A stretch of 64,000 nt of DNA, taken from an uncultured SAR86 cluster bacterium (GTDB lineage: Bacteria; Pseudomonadota; Gammaproteobacteria; Magnimaribacterales; D2472). Below the pieces are notes generated by a model. It was not told where the DNA came from and made no database searches. It worked only from the letters and a program-made list of their open reading frames with translations. Position 1 is the first letter of the stretch. The number at the start of each line of letters is the position of its first letter. Below are positions 59,808-64,000 of this stretch, piece after piece. Both the position numbers and the translations under genes were made by a program. The stretch lies in contig CACJBC010000001.1 in the NCBI GenBank assembly GCA_902591565.1, positions 34,717 through 98,716 on the forward strand, given 5' to 3'.

Positions 59808-61175
59808 ATGAATTATTTTTACTTTTTCTTTTTTCTTTTCTTAGCCCTACTTATACAACTTAAGCCTCTAATTTTTTATATATGTAAAAAAATAGATAAA
59901 GCTGAAAATTTAAATATATTAGGTTGTCTTACTTTTTCAATAGGTATAGCAATGACGATATTTGCCTCAAATGCTTCTTGGGACGAAAGACTCTGGATTT
60001 TTGTTACTTTAATTCTTGGAATTCTTTTATGTATTAGAGGTTTGGTAATTATATTTTTTTTAGAAAAGATAAAAAAAATTCTACCAATTTATCTCAATCA
60101 TTATTATAAATTCAGCATTCCAATATCTATAGCAATGATATCTCTGGCATTCTTTATGCTTACTACTGATTATATTGGACCTCAAAAAGATATAAGTGAG
60201 TGTAAATCAGACAAAACTATCTTTGTGATATGTGGAATTTCTAATCCAGAGGATATCGTAATTACTCCTGATAATAAATATCTTTTAATTTCTGAGTTTG
60301 GCGGTATCAGGCCATATGATTCTACCAAACCTGGAGGCTTTGCTTTACTAAGGTTGTTAGACAAAAAAATTCTTGAACCAAAAATTTTCTTTGGTGAAAA
60401 TGCATGGGGAGAAAGTTCATGTAAGCAAAATAATATCTTCGGTCCTCATGGCATAGATCTTATAGAAAGAGAAGATGGTCGTTATCAATTAGGGGTGATA
60501 AATCATTATCCTCATGAAAGTATAGAGATGTTTGAGCTGATCCAGAGTACCGAAAATGGAGAATGGTCGTTTGTTTGGAGGGGTTGTGTAGGTGTTCCCA
60601 AAAAATATTATCTTAATGATATCGCCTTAAAAAAAGATGGTACTTTTTATGTATCTCATATGTACCCAAGAGATATCTCGATGGCAGAATGGCTAATCAC
60701 AACTATTTTGAAAAAAAATTCTGGTGTAGTACTCAATTGGAATAAAAATAATTTTGAAGAAATTGTGAATTCTGAGGGAAGTGGTCCAAATGGAATAGCT
60801 CTAAATGAGTTAACGAATGATTTATTCATAAGTTATAACCAAGGAGATCAAATCGTAAGGTTTGACATATCAAACAATAAAAAACTTCAGAGCTTTAAAA
60901 TAGATTCCCCAGATAATATTTATATTCATGGAAATTCTCTTTGGTTAACGTCATTAGATTTTCAACCAAAAGATGCGGGTGACTGCATCAAAAGACCAGC
61001 ATGCTCATTACCATTCTCTATTTATGAAATAGATAGAGAAACTTTTGTTCTTAAAAATGAGAACTCATTTAACAACACAGTCTTTGGACTGCCTACAATA
61101 GCCGTTCCTGTTGAAAATACCATCTTTATGGGTTCCTTCCATTCAGATAGGCTTGGTTACTTCACTCAAAAATAA
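59808..61175 (+). CDS. Membrane-anchored six-bladed beta-propeller protein, paraoxonase/arylesterase (PON/SMP-30)-like
   Basis: ~120 aa with 3-4 TM helices come first. The rest shows PON-like blocks: PEDIVITPDNKYLLISEFGG, GPHGIDL, LNDIALKKDGTFYVSH, and GPNGIALN. The assignment comes from motif resemblance only. Confidence 0.45.
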   Translation: MNYFYFFFFLFLALLIQLKPLIFYICKKIDKAENLNILGCLTFSIGIAMTIFASNASWDERLWIFVTLILGILLCIRGLVIIFFLEKIKKILPIYLNHYYKFSIPISIAMISLAFFMLTTDYIGPQKDISECKSDKTIFVICGISNPEDIVITPDNKYLLISEFGGIRPYDSTKPGGFALLRLLDKKILEPKIFFGENAWGESSCKQNNIFGPHGIDLIEREDGRYQLGVINHYPHESIEMFELIQSTENGEWSFVWRGCVGVPKKYYLNDIALKKDGTFYVSHMYPRDISMAEWLITTILKKNSGVVLNWNKNNFEEIVNSEGSGPNGIALNELTNDLFISYNQGDQIVRFDISNNKKLQSFKIDSPDNIYIHGNSLWLTSLDFQPKDAGDCIKRPACSLPFSIYEIDRETFVLKNENSFNNTVFGLPTIAVPVENTIFMGSFHSDRLGYFTQK

Positions 61176-61179
61176 CATT

Positions 61180-62007
61180 ATGAACAAGCCCTTCACTTTT
61201 GAGAATTTAAATATTGTTATACCTAAAAGAAAATCAAATTCACACAAAGGCATTAATGGAAGAGTTCTTGTTATAGCTGGATCTAATGGGCTTGGTGGAG
61301 CAGGAATAATGGCGTCTGAAGCTAGCTTATATTCAGGTGCAGGATTAGTAAGTCTGTATACGCATGAATCAAATGTAAATGCATCTCTTATAAGAAACCC
61401 TGAAGTAATGACATTAGGAATCAGTGAATTTTTTCAAATTTCAGAAAAATTCAATGTAATACTTTATGGTCCTGGAATGCAAAAAGATGAATGGTCCAAT
61501 AAGATGCTAGAGCATCTTCATAATCTTCCTAAAGAATCAAAATTAATTATTGACGCAGGAGGACTTCAACATATAAAAGATCAAAATAGAACAATTTCTA
61601 ATGAGATTATTCTTACTCCGCATCCAGGAGAAGCAAGTAATTTGCTTGGTATTTCTATATCTGAAATACAGAAAAATAGAGAAGAAACAGCCAAGATTAT
61701 TTCAGAAAAATTTAATGCATCTTGTGTAATATTAAAAGGAAATAAAACTGTTATTTATCTCAATCAGTCTAAGGAAATTTATATATGTGAAAATGGTGGG
61801 CCAGAACTCTCCACAGGCGGAACAGGAGACGTATTAAGTGGCGTGATTGCTGCTTTGCTTGGACAAAATCTATCAATACATGAGGCGAGTTTGTTGGGTG
61901 TTGCAGTTCATGCAAAAGCTGGAGAAATATATGCTAATAAATATGGAGAAATTGGTTTAAATGCTACTTCATTAATTCATATAATAAGAAAACTTTTAAA
62001 TAAATGA
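61180..62007 (+). CDS. nnrD: ADP-dependent NAD(P)H-hydrate dehydratase (YjeF C-terminal domain only)
   Basis: HKGINGRVLVIAGS..GLGGAGIMA, TPHPGE, and GGTGDVLSGVIAAL. The ATG at 61180 follows the upstream stop. The track start at 61111 would overlap the preceding gene by 65 nt. Confidence 0.8.
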   Translation: MNKPFTFENLNIVIPKRKSNSHKGINGRVLVIAGSNGLGGAGIMASEASLYSGAGLVSLYTHESNVNASLIRNPEVMTLGISEFFQISEKFNVILYGPGMQKDEWSNKMLEHLHNLPKESKLIIDAGGLQHIKDQNRTISNEIILTPHPGEASNLLGISISEIQKNREETAKIISEKFNASCVILKGNKTVIYLNQSKEIYICENGGPELSTGGTGDVLSGVIAALLGQNLSIHEASLLGVAVHAKAGEIYANKYGEIGLNATSLIHIIRKLLNK

Positions 62008-62465
62008 AAAATCTAATTCTTGAAAATGATAGAGCTACTAACATGCTCGGCCAAAAAATTTCTGAGATAATACTTAACTCCGACAAGCAAGATATTGAAA
62101 TACATCTTCAGGGTGATTTGGGTGCTGGAAAAACTTTTATTACAAGATCAATTATTAAAAACTCTGGTTGGAAGGATTTGGTAAAGAGTCCAACATATAC
62201 GCTTTGCGAAGAGTATGATTTAGGCGAAATTCTTTTTTTGCATATTGATTTATATAGAACAAATGAAGCACAAGACATAGATATTTTTGATCTAAATAGA
62301 GGTTCACATAAAAAGAAAATTATTTTAATCGAATGGCCAGAAAGACTTAAGTTTGAAAGAAAGTTTGATCTAAAAATTAATTTTTTTCATTATGAAAACA
62401 AGCGTAAAATTAACATTACATATGGCACGGACATTTTTAAAGCTCTAGAAAAAAATTATGTATAA
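62004..62465 (+). CDS. tsaE: tRNA t6A37 biosynthesis ATPase TsaE (YjeE)
   Basis: LQGDLGAGKTFITRSI P-loop, SPTYTL and HIDLYR motifs. The conserved yjeF-yjeE-amiB order is retained. Confidence 0.85.
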   Translation: MKNLILENDRATNMLGQKISEIILNSDKQDIEIHLQGDLGAGKTFITRSIIKNSGWKDLVKSPTYTLCEEYDLGEILFLHIDLYRTNEAQDIDIFDLNRGSHKKKIILIEWPERLKFERKFDLKINFFHYENKRKINITYGTDIFKALEKNYV

Positions 62466-63708
62466 ATTTTTACCTATATTAATTTTTAACTATTTTATCT
62501 TTGCAAATGAAATTACGTTTGTTGGTATTGATGAACAAAAGGATGGGGAAATAAATATTTCGTTGATTTTAGATAAAGTTGCATATATAAACTCATACTC
62601 ACAAGAAGACCCATCAAGGTTAGTATTAGAAATTAATGATGCTAATTCTAAAGAATCTATTAGTGAGATTTATAACTATCCCATTAAGCAAATAAAATCT
62701 AACAAAGACGGTGATCATACAAAAATTGTTATTGATTTATATGATGATGTATTTTGGCGCAAGCCAATCCAAGAGGTAACAGACTCAGGCATTCTTCTAA
62801 ACCTTAAGTTAAATAAAGATAAATCCTTAGAACAAAATGCTAGAGATATTATTGTTGCAATTGATGCTGGGCATGGAGGCAAATATCCTGGGGCTGTAGG
62901 CCCGAACAATATATTAGAAAAAGATGTAACATTACTAATTGCAAAAGAGCTTGAAAGAACACTTCGCGATACTAAAGGCTATCAACCAGTAATGATTAGA
63001 GACGGAGACCAAACCGTAAGTCTTAATGATAGATTCCAAATTGCTAGAAGATATGGAGCAGATATTTTTATCTCTATTCATGCAGATGGATTTAAGCTTT
63101 CTTCGGTTAAAGGTGCATCTGTTTTTATTTGGTCTGAAGAGGCATCAAGTACAATTGCAAGAAATCTTTCTGATACAAAGAGAGATCGTATCCTAGCTGA
63201 AATCAAAAACTTAAAGCCAACTGACTTTAATGAAGACTATGCTAGAGAGCAATATCCAGAAGTATATGAAAAGAAAATTGAGCAAAGTAAGATTCTTGGA
63301 AGCAAAATATTAGATCAACTTAAGAAAGATCCATATACAAAAATTCATAAGAAAAATGTTGAGTATGCTGACTTTAGGGTTCTAAAATCAATTGATATTC
63401 CATCTGTACTGGTCGAATCAGGGTTCATAACCAACCCTGAAGATGCTGCGAGACTAAAAGGAAAACCTGGCAGAAGAATGATTGCAAGATCTATCTTTCT
63501 TGGAATAAATAATTATTTTATTGAAAATCCTATATCTGGCACTTTAATAAATGAAAACACAGATCATTTAAAATATACGATACAAAAAGGAGACGTTCTT
63601 TCAGAGATTGCAATTAGATTTGGCGTCACTGTAGAGTCAATTGATGAAAAAAATAAATTAAATAATAAGCCAATATATCCTGGGCAAACATTAAAAATAT
63701 ATTTCTAG
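62458..63708 (+). CDS. amiB: N-acetylmuramoyl-L-alanine amidase (AMIN + Amidase_3 + C-terminal LysM)
   Basis: IDAGHGGKYPGAVG, ISIHADG, VLVESGFITNPED, and a LysM segment YTIQKGDVLSEIAIRFGV...PGQTLKI. Confidence 0.85.
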   Translation: MYKFLPILIFNYFIFANEITFVGIDEQKDGEINISLILDKVAYINSYSQEDPSRLVLEINDANSKESISEIYNYPIKQIKSNKDGDHTKIVIDLYDDVFWRKPIQEVTDSGILLNLKLNKDKSLEQNARDIIVAIDAGHGGKYPGAVGPNNILEKDVTLLIAKELERTLRDTKGYQPVMIRDGDQTVSLNDRFQIARRYGADIFISIHADGFKLSSVKGASVFIWSEEASSTIARNLSDTKRDRILAEIKNLKPTDFNEDYAREQYPEVYEKKIEQSKILGSKILDQLKKDPYTKIHKKNVEYADFRVLKSIDIPSVLVESGFITNPEDAARLKGKPGRRMIARSIFLGINNYFIENPISGTLINENTDHLKYTIQKGDVLSEIAIRFGVTVESIDEKNKLNNKPIYPGQTLKIYF

Positions 63709-64000
63709 TTAATATCTATTGGGTCTATATCATATGACCATTTAACCTTCTTGGCTTCTGGCCAGCCTTCAAATTCTTTTACAAGAAACTTTAAAACTTT
63801 ATTTAAGTATGTCCTTTTAGGAGTCTGAACATAAATATTATGCCTATAATTACCTTTTGCTTTCGCAATCATGGATGGAATTGGTCCAATGACATATATG
63901 TCATTTCTATTAACTAATTTATTAATAACTTTCTCTAAAAAAGCCAAATTGCTCTTTTGTGTTGGGGATGAACATCTTATTAGACACATTGCCGCATAGG
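63705..64000 (-). CDS. priA: Primosomal protein N' (PriA), C-terminal ~98 aa (5' part outside window)
   Basis: The frame stays open to the window edge. The C-terminus VIGPIPSMIAKAKGNYRHNIYVQ...KKVKWSYDIDPID parallels E. coli PriA [23 protein letters not shown]...RKVKWVLDVDPIE. Confidence 0.85.
   Translation of the reverse strand, partial: YAAMCLIRCSSPTQKSNLAFLEKVINKLVNRNDIYVIGPIPSMIAKAKGNYRHNIYVQTPKRTYLNKVLKFLVKEFEGWPEAKKVKWSYDIDPIDIN

Overview
This is an AT-rich, very compact chromosomal segment from a streamlined marine gammaproteobacterium. It holds about 65 protein genes, 1 tRNA and 1 riboswitch in 64 kb, with almost no intergenic DNA and many 4-nt gene overlaps. All calls rest on motifs and gene order recalled from memory; no searches were run. 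From memory, the proteorhodopsin at 20914-21660 is nearly identical to the archetypal green-absorbing SAR86 proteorhodopsin. A SAR86-clade origin is therefore likely but needs a database search.

Layout:
- 3-3015: leuS-lptE-holA.
- 3020-9612: minus-strand cell-wall operon rsfS-rlmH-mrdA-rodA-mltB-dacA-dat.
- 10-20.7 kb: mpl, a PPi-type phosphofructokinase, parC-parE, tolC, mutM and coaD.
- 20.9-21.7 kb: proteorhodopsin with a bidirectional terminator.
- 21.7-33.2 kb: the only clearly accessory block. An SDR and a LysR regulator sit divergent from a tightly packed 8-gene operon (sulfatase, DhlA-like haloalkane dehalogenase, three GST-fold proteins, DUF1330, SDR, nitronate monooxygenase). It abuts an NAD-dependent formate dehydrogenase and a desaturase/CrtW-like membrane di-iron enzyme.
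- 33.25-36.83 kb: a TPP-riboswitch-controlled TonB receptor / PnuC-like / ThiK-like kinase operon.
- 36.9-64 kb: MHS transporter, Zn-peptidase, tRNA-Ile(GAU), prolyl oligopeptidase, FKBP, tyrS, putA-M23 peptidase-anmK, erpA, hemG-hemL, a PfkB kinase, dksA-pcnB, a deoxynucleoside kinase, acs, a small hydrolase cluster, nnrD-tsaE-amiB and the 3' end of priA.

No rRNA, CRISPR, transposase, integrase, phage or recognisable defence genes were seen.

Best candidates for uncharacterised biology:
1. The LysR-flanked sulfatase/dehalogenase/GST operon plus formate dehydrogenase next to proteorhodopsin.
2. The riboswitch-gated thiamine-scavenging module that spans the cell envelope.
3. Smaller oddities: a Lys-rich tail on DksA, a perfect 29-bp palindrome before tolC, a 15-bp tandem repeat between tyrS and putA, and convergent genes sharing palindromic stop tetranucleotides.
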